Positions 1 to 11,835 of a stretch of DNA of 36,903 bases are shown piece by piece; position 1 is the stretch's first letter, and the number at the start of each line of letters is the position of its first letter. The stretch is taken from the NCBI GenBank assembly GCA_964255285.1, contig CAXUUL010000077.1, positions 1 to 36,903 of the forward strand. Direction: 5' to 3'. The stretch comes from Ionaspis alba (Eukaryota). Below the pieces are notes generated by a model. That model had not been told where the DNA came from. It saw only the letters and a program-made list of their open reading frames with translations, and made no database searches. A program made the translations under genes and the position numbers.

Positions 1-283
1 AACGATAAGTCTGAAAGAAATCCGCTTTCCTAAACGAGAAAGACGCATACGCAGATTGAGAGGAATTCAAAGCAGTCAGAGTAAGCTGGGAAGAATCTTA
101 GCAACTCATCCACCGCGTAGTGTCATATTGGACAGGATTTCTTCGATTCTTCTGTAAGGAAAAACCTACTTGATCTCGGCGAGCTTCCAAGCCGATAGCG
201 TCACTGAATTTGGCGAGACAGAGCATAGCATCATGTATTCGAACCACACCCTCAGGGGCGAGCGTGAAGGCAAGAGTAGGCAT
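1..283 (-). CDS. rad9: DNA-damage checkpoint clamp subunit Rad9 (9-1-1 complex), 5' part only; runs off the window
   Basis: Exon 283-170 (MPTLAFTLAPEGVVRIHDAMLCLAKFSDAIGLEARRDQ), intron 169-86 (GTAGGT...CAG), exon 85-1 (LTLTALNSSQSAYASFSF). This matches the Rad9 N-terminal pattern (L.CL.KF...L.L.ALNSS.SAYASF). Confidence 0.85.
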
Positions 284-681
284 GGGTGGTGAAGATTTCC
301 TATCGATGAAGGAGGGTTGGTGATTGGGTTAGGGTTAAAGCTACAATTGTATATAGTGAAACCTTGATGAAATTGATTACTGACTGAGCGCAAAACATCT
401 GAAGGAGGCTCATCACAGGCTAGGGTTTAACGTAATGGCTCCTGTTTTGCGGTCCACCTGTTGCTGCTGTTGTTGTTGGTCGTGGTGGTAGTAGTAATTA
501 AGGGCAACACAGACGACAAACCAGCCCTCTGACCGCCAGGCGCGTTGGGAGATTTCCATGGAGTAACCGCGGACGCAGCGAGATGGGAATCTGCAGCAGA
601 TCCCAGCGGCATGTCTCCCAGGTGTAGTAAAGGTGGACTATCACGGTAGTCGGGAGGAAACCTCCACTCGCCGGAACCCCC

Positions 682-1370
682 TTGATTGATTGATTGATTG
701 ATTGATTGATTTATAGATAACCTAGACTGCCTTAATGGCGTGCTATATATCGAATAATTTAAAAAATAATAATTCAGATCCCCCCGTCCTAATAAATAAA
801 AAAAAAAAAAATTTAATTAAATATTTTTCCGAAAGCTTTTAAAAATACGTTTTAAATCTATATTTATTTTTTATTCTTCAGTTTATATTTGTAACCTTCG
901 GGTAATAGGGACCCCGGGGGCCAACTGGGCCAAAAGACCATTATAGTTACCCTTGACAAGGTAACTATCCCTATTCCCCCTATTATAGCTACGGCCTTAC
1001 AGATATAAAATATAAAACAAAAAAAAAGCGAATAACTACAATTAAATATTTATTTATATAATATTTAATTATTTTTAAATAATTCGTTGTGATTTTTTTA
1101 TTTTATCAACCGTTATATTTACTATTAGATTTATTATAAAAATAAATATTGAAGTTTTAGATATTGATCGCGATAATATTTCTCCGGCTGAATATTAATT
1201 AAAATAAGGTTTTTCCGGGTCCCGAGGTTCTTCCGGGGCCAAACCATGACAATTGTTCGCGATAACGTTCCTCCGATTAAATATTGGTTAAAATAAGGTT
1301 TTTCCGGGACCCGAGGTTCTCCCGAGGTCAAACCATAACATATTCTGACCCGTAATTAATAAGGTTTAGC
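682..1370. mobile_element. Degenerate AT-rich repeat/transposon relic (RIP-like) with a (TTGA)n tract; possible LINE 3' tail on the minus strand
   Basis: (TTGA)7 at 682-709, then very AT/TpA-rich DNA with surviving GGG/CCC blocks and an internal ~90-bp tandem duplication. No credible ORF. Confidence 0.55.
1199..1346. repeat. Imperfect direct repeat, period about 89 bp
   Basis: TAAAATAAGGTTTTTCCGGGTCCCGAGGTTCTTCCGGGGCCAAACCATGACA (from ~1200) versus TAAAATAAGGTTTTTCCGGGACCCGAGGTTCTCCCGAGGTCAAACCATAACA (from ~1289). Confidence 0.85.
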
Positions 1371-1490
1371 TACCTCTTGTTCGACCTTAACAAAAGTCGC
1401 TTATGGGGTTCATTTCTGTAATTTGCCGTTTAACCCAAACGACGTCGTATAACGCATGATGTGTCGATCAGAGATGTGCTCTCGTTATAC

Positions 1491-1585
1491 GGGAAGGTGG
1501 CCGAGTGGTTAAGGCGCTACGTTTAGGAATTTCTTGTTGAAATCCGTAGTGGGAAACCGCGTGGGTTCGAATCCCACCCTTCTCA
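1491..1585 (+). tRNA. tRNA-Leu(UAG) with a canonical 16-nt anticodon-loop intron (1528-1543)
   Basis: Acceptor GGGAAGG/CCTTCTC+A, A box TGGCCGAGTGG, anticodon stem CTACG/CGTAG with loop TT-TAG-G, long variable arm, T arm GTGGG-TTCGAAT-CCCAC, T-rich terminator downstream. Confidence 0.95.
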
Positions 1586-1788
1586 TTTTGCTTTTTGGTA
1601 CATTAAGTTTGCCCACAGGAAGGTATTGTGAGAAAAAATGGTGGAGAGTAAAGTGAGATCAATTCGCAACTAGTGGAACTGAGGTTAAGCGGAAATGACG
1701 CACAAACAAAGGCAGACATAGTACTTTGTTTGAACTCATGAAGTGATGGGTACGACATAAATAAACACTGGATTGCATTAAACCAAGG

Positions 1789-3092
1789 ATGTCTACAGTC
1801 AAGGAAGACAGTATTGCCCATGCATCAGGTGATCAAAACGATGATGACCCCACCGATGAGGTACAGGACTTTCGCTTCCTGCAGCAATGGTAAGTGCTGT
1901 CGTTCTTTGCGACTCTTCAACAATACTAACAGCACGCCAGTACCGTAGAGCATCCTACTCTTCCACGCCGTGGTGAGAAGGACTTTGAGTCTCACGGTAC
2001 AAGCTCACAACAAGATGTATTACGGAGTTCGCGAGCAGCGATGCATGAAGCTCTTTCGTCAATACGCATCCATACGCCAAAGTACAAGATCATTGGCCAG
2101 CTGGATGCTTTGGGTGGGGTCACCACTGTTGAAAACCATAAAGGGCAACATTTTCGCACAATGGGGAAAGCGGATGGATTGGGAAAGCAGCACTTGCTGC
2201 CCGAAGAAGCACTCTACCTCATGGAACGTGGCAACCTGGACATCAGGTGGCCTCAGGGTATTCATTATCCATGGCAGGGCCTGTCTCTGAGCCTTCAATC
2301 GGCCTACACGGCTCTGCTTGACGTGCTTGGCCTGACTTTGGAGCGATACACAGTATATACAGGGTTGAGAAGGAGTGGCTACATTGTGCAGAGGAGTTCG
2401 ACATGGTATCCTACCAACAACGACTACAATGGATCAAAGCCACCAAGTATGACACACGAGCAATCTCTTTCGATATTCCAACGACTATATAAGACATTGC
2501 GCTACCGCGAGACAGAACGAACTGCCCTAGGCCCGTTGGTCAGTTTAGGTCTTTATAGGAACTATGGTATAAGTTTGGTATCGATTCCTGTGCTACACGT
2601 CAATAACATGGTCTAGAACAGATATACAGCCGACTGTTGCTCGTTCCATTCGAAAAACCTGCAGCCGAATCCAAGGTCGTGGACTACTGTCCGTCGCAGA
2701 GCTCGACTTCGCAGCGTACCCAGCCTCTCATGTGTTGTTTCGACGTCTGGAAACCCTGTCCAGACTTCAAGAAGTCTGCGCCCGGATCTCCAGACTTTCG
2801 AATCGCGGTACTGGATGCAAGGAATGACGATTTTCCGGTGATTGAGGACCTCGATGGGCTTTTGCAAAGTAACCCGTTCCAGCCTCCGCCTCTGGAGATG
2901 GACGTGCATACCTATAAGAAGTTGAAGCACGGATGGAAAAGCACAATACTGGCAATCGTGGACCAAGGTGTGGTAAGCTATATCAGGGCAGCAGATTCGC
3001 GATTTGGTGGTGAGAAGCTGTTTACGCGCTCCAGCAAGGGACCGGGTACTAGCAAGGTTAGTAGAGGAAAGAAGGGAAGAGTCGTTGGGTAG
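1789..3092 (+). CDS. SEN54: tRNA-splicing endonuclease subunit Sen54
   Basis: Exons about 1789-1889, 1941-2566 and ~2620-3092. Motifs DEVQDFRFL, LPRRGEKDFE, G.HFRTMG, LLPEEALYLMERGNL, Y.VY..LRR.GY.V, FDVWKP...FKKS.PG.PDF, ILAIVDQGVVSY. Confidence 0.9.
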
Positions 3093-3362
3093 CCATGAAC
3101 GAAATATGTGATCAATTGTGCCTTCCGCCACTTTGTGATCTCTGCCAATCGAGAATGTGGCATCTCCAAAAGGGCCGAGACATTCTGTATGCCATCATCT
3201 ATAGACGCTCATCCCATAGAGAAGAAGGGCATGGTCGCATATGCTTCAGATGGGTCAACTAGGGAGTTTGGAAAGGCTCAAGATTTTTAGTATGCTGCAG
3301 ATTTCTGAGCACAAGGTGATGTACCGCTTTACAGGATGTCTCCTCTCGTAGTTGACTAAATC

Positions 3363-3517
3363 ACAACAACAACAACAACAACAACAACAANNNNNNNNNN
3401 NNNNNNNNNNNNNNNNNNNNNNNNNNNNNNNNNNNNNNNNNNNNNNNNNNNNNNNNNNNNNNNNNNNNNNNNNNNNNNNNNNNNNNNNNNATGTCTCCTC
3501 TCGTAGTTGACTAAATC

Positions 3518-3560
<43 letters not shown>
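3363..3560. repeat. (ACA)n microsatellite spanning a 100-N assembly gap; left flank duplicated across the gap
   Basis: ATGTCTCCTCTCGTAGTTGACTAAATC(ACA)n occurs at both 3336 and 3491. Confidence 0.9.
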
Positions 3561-3561
<1 letters not shown>

Positions 3562-3601
3562 TCGTCACCATTCTCTTCCCTTTCAAATTGATATCTCACG
3601 A

Positions 3602-4127
3602 CTAGACTGCGGCGGCATCAACATATGCTCAAACCACTAAGACTTGAAACTGACCGTCAAGATAATCCGCTGCCATGAGTAGCTCCAAGCACAGTTCTGG
3701 GGGAATGTCCATATCAGGCACTTCTTTGGCGTTCTTGTGTTTCTGATTGTAGTATAAATATTCGCAGACCTTCTCCAATACTATACCACTGAAGTCACGT
3801 CAATTGATGATAATTTGAAATCATGGATGATCAACGGCGTGCCAGATTCAGGGTAATATTAAGAAGGACTGATTAACGCACACGGCGACCGAGTGGTGGG
3901 GTCACTCACTTCATGTTCTCAAATACACAGCGCCCGCTCACAGCTTCGGCGAAATTGCCTAGGTTGATGATGAGCGACAATGCCGTAGTTTCGCCAAGTG
4001 AATACTGACTGGTAGGATCTAACATCTTCTTGATTGTTCCTGCAACGTAAGCGGTCTCGCGGCGTATGATGAATTCAAAGCCATCACATGACACCAAAGT
4101 CACAAACTCTGAAGGCTGAGTAGCCAT
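3602..4127 (-). CDS. ELC1: Elongin C (Skp1 family), multi-exon
   Basis: MATQPSEFVTLVSCDGFEFIIRRETAYVAGTIKKML...NFAEA..GRC.FENM...VLEKVCEYLYYN...DMDIPPELCLELLMAADYLDV*, reconstructed across short GT-AG introns. Confidence 0.92.
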
Positions 4128-5399
4128 CACTGGATATAGTTGAGGAATGGTCTCGTTCAGGACGTCTGTTTAAGTGACTGGCCGGGCGTGACAGATGCTT
4201 GGCGCTTTCGCAAGGCTCGTGGTTATACCACTTTTTAAATGGGTGACGCGACTGGTTGTTGTGTAATAGTCTGATTTGCCACCTGTCCCAGTCAACATTT
4301 AATACCGAAAGAATTGTTCGAACGAAGAGCTAAGTATTATCATTAGCTCACCGCGGTCAGATGTTATCAAATGAGCGAGAGGTTCCAACACTACGAAAAT
4401 GAAAAACAAGCTCTAGTCTATATCTTAGGCTAAGAAACCCTTCTCACCAATGCATTAAAGTGATCAGGTTTCGCAATTGCCGACTAGTTTGTGCCATAAG
4501 GTACATGGAGATTTGTCCTGGTGGGCTCCCGTACAATAAGCTCCGTCACTCTGTCGAGTCCACGGGCTGGGTTGATTTATGACAATAGCAGGAGGTGTAC
4601 AATCACGACCGTTCTAGAAACACCTTGGAAAGCATGGCATCAGTGTATTTAGAAAAAAGGAATAAGGCCTTATTGCAAATTCCAATACCCAATTCATTAG
4701 AAGAACATAGAGGTTCTAGTCAGTGCAGCTGGAATGGCGCGCTCATCTAAAATTGTCACCATGGACTTCTGATTGGTCCAGGACATCATTCATACAAATG
4801 TTAGTGTGGGGCTGTTAGATTATCGGTAAGGTCATGATGAGACGGTGAAGAAAGTCGGGCAATACTGCTTGTACCATCAGTATCACATCCTCGCTTGGTC
4901 TGATGGAAGGCATGGATCGGCGGTCATGCCGCCTCAAATGAGGGAATCTTTGGTAATCTGGCGTGTGTATTTCAAGTCGATGATATTGGTATGATAATAT
5001 CTGATGAGAGCTGTGGCCGCGGAGTAGAAATGGTTAATATATCGAGGTCACTGCGACTGTTCCTTGCTATGTAGATACACAGATGACACAGGGTACATCT
5101 TCCCGAACCAATCCTTCGGCCATGGTCCTCGAAGCCGTAATCCAATTCTCCATGTTATAGTCATTAATGCTGAAGCCCGCTTATCAGCTATTACTACAAT
5201 TACACAACGACCGTTTGGGACTCCATAAGAGGATGCTAATGCAGCAATTCTTTCTTGCTATCAATGCCTGTGTAATCATTCCTCTCCTGAACATTGATGG
5301 AAGTCCAAATGCCCACTTCGTGACGTCGGCTATTCGTAACGTCAAGGAATATCCACCGTGTCCAACAAGGATACACATGCAAGAGTGGTATCTGTAGGC

Positions 5400-7724
5400 T
5401 CAGTCATCCTCAATGACGATAGCTCCGTTACCGCTATCTACCACTAGGAGTGGTTCGTCGTCGTTGAAGGCTTCAGCTCGAAGCTTGCTTTTCTTGACCT
5501 TCCGACTGGATCCTATAGCTGGCTGTTCGAGGCTGCGCTTTCTCTTTGTGCTGATAGCCTCGTGAATTTGAGACCCACCACTAGTTACTCCGTTCGTTGC
5601 TGCGACCTTTTCGAGAGATTTGGATTTTCGCGCAATCTCAATTTTCTCAGGCAGTATGATTGGTTTAGAATCGTCGGGCAACGTTCTACTAGCGTCAGCA
5701 CGGCCCTGAGTAGTCAGGGAGCAGGGAAGGTCCTACTTCTCGGATATGGAAAGCAACAAATTGACGCGAGGATCTTCATCATCATCGTCAACCACAGTGA
5801 GGAACGTCTCCGCTTTGATGCCAAGATCACTCAACTTCTTGGCAAGATTATCATCCAATTCTGGATCAAAAAGAATTCCGACCTCGTTACTGATAGTCAG
5901 TTCCTCTCCATAGCCAAGCTGAAGTTTCAAAACATCCTCGACAAGGTCGTTCAGCGTAGCACGGTGAGTGTCGACGATCAAAGTGGATTGTGAAACACCG
6001 CACATGCTACAATCGGGATTTGGTGGCTTGAGAGTGTCCGAATTGATGACACGTGCGGTCGAGCGCTCGAGGAACACCTGGGACTCGTAAACACGCAATA
6101 CTCGCTATCGCGGAAGATTTCCGACGTACCATTCTGGCCTTTCCTAGGTCCCTACGCAGGACTTTGAAGGCTTGCAGTACACATAGACCAGCCGTCATGG
6201 CATTAGTTGTTGCAATTGCAGGTATTATATTACCAGCCATCTCTTTGCTGCAATGTCAGCCTCACAGCATAATCATTGAGAGTGAAAACTGACGCTTGAT
6301 GTCAAATTTTGACTTAGCCTCAATGCCAAATACGTAGGAACGCAAATTCGCAGTGGCAGCGACAAAATCTAGGCTGTCTTCATCATCTTTGTCGAATTCG
6401 AGGGCTGAGGTAACGGATTTAGCTTCCGCACGGTCAGACAAGCGTAGCAGACGTGCGCTGAGGCGTTGAAGACTAGTGTGGTTAGCAGATAGATTTGCTT
6501 TCTCATAGTCCTCCTACCTGTCCTTGAAGACGGCAAAACTTTCCATAACCGACCAAGGAGATTGACTCCGATGTTGAACTTGTAGAATTTGGGGTTTGAG
6601 ATCCTTCAGCATCTGGTCGAAGTCTAGCGGTGTTGGAGGTGGGCGCGATTTCCACATGTCATCCATGCTCCTGAGTCTGTTGATGTCTTCTTTAAATACC
6701 TTGTCGAAAATTAGGCGAGGAAATTCGTCTGAGTCCATGGATCGCCGCATTCGTTTCAGAGCCTGAGATTCAAGTCGTAGATTCTCAATTTCCTCCGCTA
6801 AAAGACCGTCAATTAGCCCAACATTGATAATGCCAGGACAATGGTTCATCTTACCATTCTGCAAATCTGCTGAATGGTCCAACTCTCCCACATCGTCTTC
6901 GCTCATGCCAAAGATTTCCCTGATCGATATCAGATATGAGGTTCAGGACAGAGATGTTGGCACGGACATGAACAGATAGCTCTTTGCCCATACAATGCAA
7001 TGTATCGGCTGAGACGGTGTACTGCGAATTGTACACACAGGAAAGCTCTTGGGTACCTCTTTTGTGTTGCAATCGTAGCACTCGGTGATTCCCTGCCAAT
7101 ATCAGCACATTTTCAGGGATCCCAATGGTGGTATCCAACTCTTTTGATGACTTGGACCTGTCCGTTGAAGCCAGTGGTACCGCTTTCGATTAGGGGCACG
7201 TCTGCAGCAAGGCACATTTTGTTGACATGCCTCCTTGCATCTAGGTTGTCCAAGGCATTGAACACGATATGAAATCCTTTGAACCAAGCGACAGTGAAGT
7301 GAGGATCTTTGATATTGGCATGGTGAGCTTCAAGCTTCACGCTTGGATTGAATTTTGAAGCGGTGTCCTTGGCGACCTGTAGAGATAGGTAAGCTTCCAT
7401 ATATCTTAATGAGAGATTGGAACCCAACCAATGCCTTTGCCTTCTTTATGTGTTCATGTCTGAACAAGAACTGGCGGTTGAGATTGCTGAGGTCGATGGT
7501 ATCAATATCAACGATGTGAACTTCTTCGAAACCGGTGAGAATGAGATTCTTGAGGAGCTCGCATCCGATGCCACCGGCGCCAATCATCAACACTCGCGTC
7601 TGTACGGTGAAATAGTTAGTTTTCAATCATGAAAGAAAGAGAGACTGGTCGGTAGAAGCCAGACCTTTTTGATCTGAGCCTGGAGAGTGCCCAGCGATTG
7701 CCGAGCAAAGCGCTCTCTCCCCAT
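5400..7724 (-). CDS. UBA2: SUMO-activating enzyme E1 subunit Uba2, multi-exon
   Basis: Start [12 protein letters not shown] (7724); [42 protein letters not shown], active-site region [33 protein letters not shown]-terminal ubiquitin-fold and IVIEDD. Confidence 0.95.
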
Positions 7725-8347
7725 ATTGGGGAGGCTCATCAGCCAGATTGAAGTTCAGTACAGAGGCTGCATACTTGCGAGAGAGTGTGTGAGAATGGGG
7801 AAGGAAAAACAAAAGAAGAAGCAACGATAGCTTCACTGTCGACAAGAAAGTTGAGCTGTTACATTCCACGCGACGGGAATTGCAAGTCAGCAAAATTAGG
7901 GTTTAGATCCCGCAGCTGCATGCAACTTTAATTAGCCGCACACGCAGGTCCCTGACCAATGACAGCAGCCCAGACAACGATTTCGACTTGACTCCTGGTT
8001 GATCGTACCTTGCTAGACCTGCTCTAGTCCTACTGCCCTACCTAGTATCTGATGCGCTCACCGCCTCTTCAGAAAGTTCCTATCATTGCGATTTTAGCCG
8101 CCTTGGTACGTAAATCTGGAGAAGTGTCAATAATACTAATACCACGAATTTCGAAAAGCTTTCGCAACGTGGCTCTGTTTTCGTCTGGCACACTAGTTTT
8201 CCAGCAGACGCATGTCTCTCTCATCTAGTTGAGATATTCAATCCCATCACAAGGGTAAATCGGTTCTGCTTGGTTGCTGAGAGCGTATAGCATCATATCT
8301 TATCCTTGTTTTTCTTGCAGAAGAATCGCATAAAAGATCGTTCTGAC

Positions 8348-9618
8348 ATGTTCGATGACGAAGTAGATGAGGAGTTGCTGGCTCTTCTGCGCAAAGCTCT
8401 TGGTAGAAATAGCTTGGAGACTCAAACCGTTGCCGATACAGGCGTCCTCGAGGATGCTCAATTTATCTACGATAACGCGATTGATGTTGCGATCGACTCA
8501 TCCGCCACAAAGGCAGCAGCAGCTTTAATTTGGGAAGCAATGCAAGAGAAAGGGTATTCTTTCAAAACGTGGTCAAGCCATGAACTCCATCCAAAGGGCA
8601 AGACCGAAGCGACTGTGGATTTCATCTTCACGATGGATCTACTGAATTTCTCGTTCTGGTCCGAGAACAGTGTTCGTGAAGGCTCGGTTGTTGAATATCG
8701 TGGGACGAAGTGGACCGGTTATTGGAGTCTCGTCGCTGCTTTGCAGCGCGCCATTGACGAAGGTGTGTAATGGTTGATCCGACTTCCCATCCCCTGATTT
8801 TGACCCTCCTGTGGAAGCTTAGGCATACCTATTACGGACTCGGACTTCTGGCAGGATGAAAATGAGTGTACCGACGATGTGTTACGATATGTGTTTAGAT
8901 GCAATACAGCCGAACAATTTCCACTAATGGAAGAAAGAATTTCCTGCTTGCGAGAAGCTGGAAGAGTCATGTATACTGTAAGTTTGCTGTTTCTTCGATT
9001 CTCAGTGAGTAGTATTCATGTATTGGCCCAGCGATTCGGTTGCAGCTTTTCAAATTGCATAAAGGAGGCCCGGGGATCCGCCCCTGCTCTTGTGAATCTG
9101 ATTGCCAATTGCTTCCCCTGCTTCAGAGACGAGAGTAAGTTTGAGGGTAAGGTCGTGCGTTTCTACAAACGAGCGCAGATATTGGTAGCAGACTTGTGGG
9201 CATGTTTTGAAGGAGAGGGATATGGACGGTTCGATGACATAGACAAAATCACAATGTTTGCTGGTCAGTCACGAATGTCTGTATCTGAAAGCTCCTCGTG
9301 AGCGACTAATCAATGTGATTAGACTATCGAATACCCCAGATGCTCTGCTCCCTAGGCTGTCTGCAATATAGCCCTTCGCTTGACCATCATATTAAGCAGC
9401 TCAAGCAGATCAGAGCCGGGCATTCATGGGAGGTTCAGCTGCGAGGCTGTAGCATCTGGTGCGTGGAGCTCTTGAAACGTCAAATAATACATCATGAGCC
9501 CGCTGCACCGGTGAACGCCATACTGATTGACTTCTTCCTCTACGACACCATCAAAGAGAGTGACAGGGATAGAGTTCCGTCGCAGCCTCACCATCGAACC
9601 CGCAGTATATGGTACTAA
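8348..9618 (+). CDS. QNG1: Queuosine salvage hydrolase (DUF2419 / QNG1 / C9orf64 family), multi-exon
   Basis: DFIFTMDLLNFSFW, GYWSLVAALQRA, FPCFRDE...FYKRAQILVADLW, ITMFADYRIPQML (across an intron), NAILIDFFL, HHRTRSIWY. Confidence 0.92.
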
Positions 9619-10066
9619 GACGTCCCTTCCAAGTAGCCTGGTCGTTCTCCATATCTTGGCCACGTCCTATCATTCCCATGTCATTCTCTGTTGTGGCATC
9701 GTATCTGTGATCTATCTATCCGGTACAATGGCACCGGTCTGTATGGATCTGTATTCAGGATGGATGATGTTTCATATCACGCATGACCGGCGCAGGTAGG
9801 GCTAGAGATTGTGGCGCGAGCAAGGTTCTCCACATTGGTCTCAGGGTGACAAAAAGTCAACAGCGAAAGCAGATTATCTCAAGGGAGGGACCTTTTCGTT
9901 GGGAGCAGCCACTCAGTATCTAGTTCCTCAATTCAGGATAGATTTCTCACACAAGCACTACCTTATCACCCAATACCAAACTGCTCATGACCCATACGAT
10001 TTTGCTCATACAAGATTAGAGGCTTATATTTGACTTCGACGAGTCAACAAATGTACGATCGTTGCT

Positions 10067-11835
10067 TCATCTGAATAGTCTTGCCCGCCCCCTCCCGCGA
10101 CCTCCTCGCGCTCCGTTTCTTCCGCTCCAAGGTTTGCCGCGGTGTCCTCCCAATGTCCCACGACTTGCAGCTTCTCTGGATTGGAAATCTGCTTGTCTCC
10201 TAGTTCGTTCTTCTTCACTGATATCAAAAGGATTTGGAATTTGCAACAATTCACAGAACGCTGACGTCTGAGGATTGGTATACTCCTTTGGCTGCTCTCT
10301 AGTCCCCGTATCATCAGTCGGATTGAAGGTCGGAGCCGATATGGAAAAGTTCTCCGGTATTATCATTTTATTACAAGCCACTAAGTGCTCCTCTACCCAT
10401 TGTTCTTCGGCAGCAATAAGGGGCCGATACACGGCTTCCCCTCGATTATGTGGTGTTGAAGATCTCCGATCTCCAAGTATAAGCTCGGAGGCAAAGGTCC
10501 TAGTAATAGCAAGCCACTCTTTATCGTAAGAGAGACGGTAGGGAGTACTCGAGGATGCCGACGTCTCGCTGACCGGATTGATCTCCAGAACCTGAAGAAA
10601 TTTTCGATTTGGCAAACATTTGTCTAGAGCAAGGAATTTGGTTGAACGGTTGACGATCGCTTGTGGGCACGGTAATGAAGTAGGTGTTGCCCGGTGTGAT
10701 TTTGGGGCAAAGGAAACGGGAAGTAGTGCTCGCACATCTGCAGACACGCCAGAGCCATCCGCATTGACAGCATCAGACCTCCCGCCGACGAATACTTCCG
10801 ATATGCCTGCGTTCACCAAATCGGAAGAGTGATCTGTATTGCTCTGGCTCCAGCTATGGTCTTTGGTCTGCTGTGATGAGGGACATTCTGGGGCTGGACC
10901 AGTATCAAAGTCATCGAGATCAAGATCGATTTCCTCTGTGTTAGTCGACTTGGTCATGGTGCTTTGAACTCCACGAGCGTTATGGGTAACTCTCATTGCA
11001 ACACCGTTTTCTTCTGTTAAATGATCGATGACTGAGGAATACTTGCAATGTAGGTGCGCAGAGAACCAATAAGGCGGACGCAGCCGATCCAAAACATACT
11101 TTGCTGCAGCACTACCAAGAGTGTTGGATCGAGCATCTGCTTCAAAAAGATCTTTCTTGGCGAAGAGGGTTTTCCAATCTCCCAGCCATTCCACTCCTCG
11201 CGGCCAATCGTGGCTAAGGCCAACATCGACCTGGGATTGTATATTGAGAAGCTTCCTAACATCCAGTTCACGAACATGGTAGACACTTTTGACGTCATCT
11301 TGGTCGTACGGTAGCCGCTCGTAATGAGGCTTGTTGTAAGAATAACCCTTCCATATTCCAGAAAGCCCGGCTATTCGTAGTGGACCTAACCCGACCACGT
11401 TCGCCGCTCCGAGGTAGTAGATATTTGGAGCCACCCAACCTCCGTAGTAAAGCTCGAAGAGGTGATTGCTTGCCTCGTGGTTACCTCCAATAAAGATAGT
11501 TAGATATGGCGCTTTCCGCACACCACTGTAGTACTCATGGAAATCTCCGATTTCTCGATACTTCATCGGCACAGACAGACAATTTAGGTCGTAGGAGTTT
11601 CGGACTGCCTTTAATATTCAGTTCACATCTGTCTAGGATTGCCTGGAATTACTAAGAGTACCTGAAAATCCCCTCCAATGATCAGAAGGTCAATGCCATT
11701 CCAGTGGTTTTTCTCGCAGGTCATCTCAATTGATGCATAAATGGCCTTCAAGGTGCCATGGCCCTGGAACTCCGGTAAGTCCATGCGAAATCAAACTTTG
11801 GAAATACTCACGCAGCCTTCGACTGCAATCCGCAT
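10067..11835 (-). CDS. DBR1: RNA lariat debranching enzyme
   Basis: MRIAVEGC|GHGTLKAIY...DLLIIGGDFQ|AVRN...FIGGNHEASN...SHDWP...WFSAHLHCKY...TKFLALDKCLP; metallophosphoesterase motifs plus the DBR1 C-terminal domain. Confidence 0.96.

Noticed and set aside
326..337. Telomerase RNA template-like TAACCCTAAC (minus strand)
   Set aside because: It is about 45 nt from the rad9 start codon, leaving no room for a kb-scale TER; better explained as a promoter motif.
3356..3586. ORF with poly-Cys/poly-Val
   Set aside because: Translation of the (TTG)n microsatellite and the N gap.
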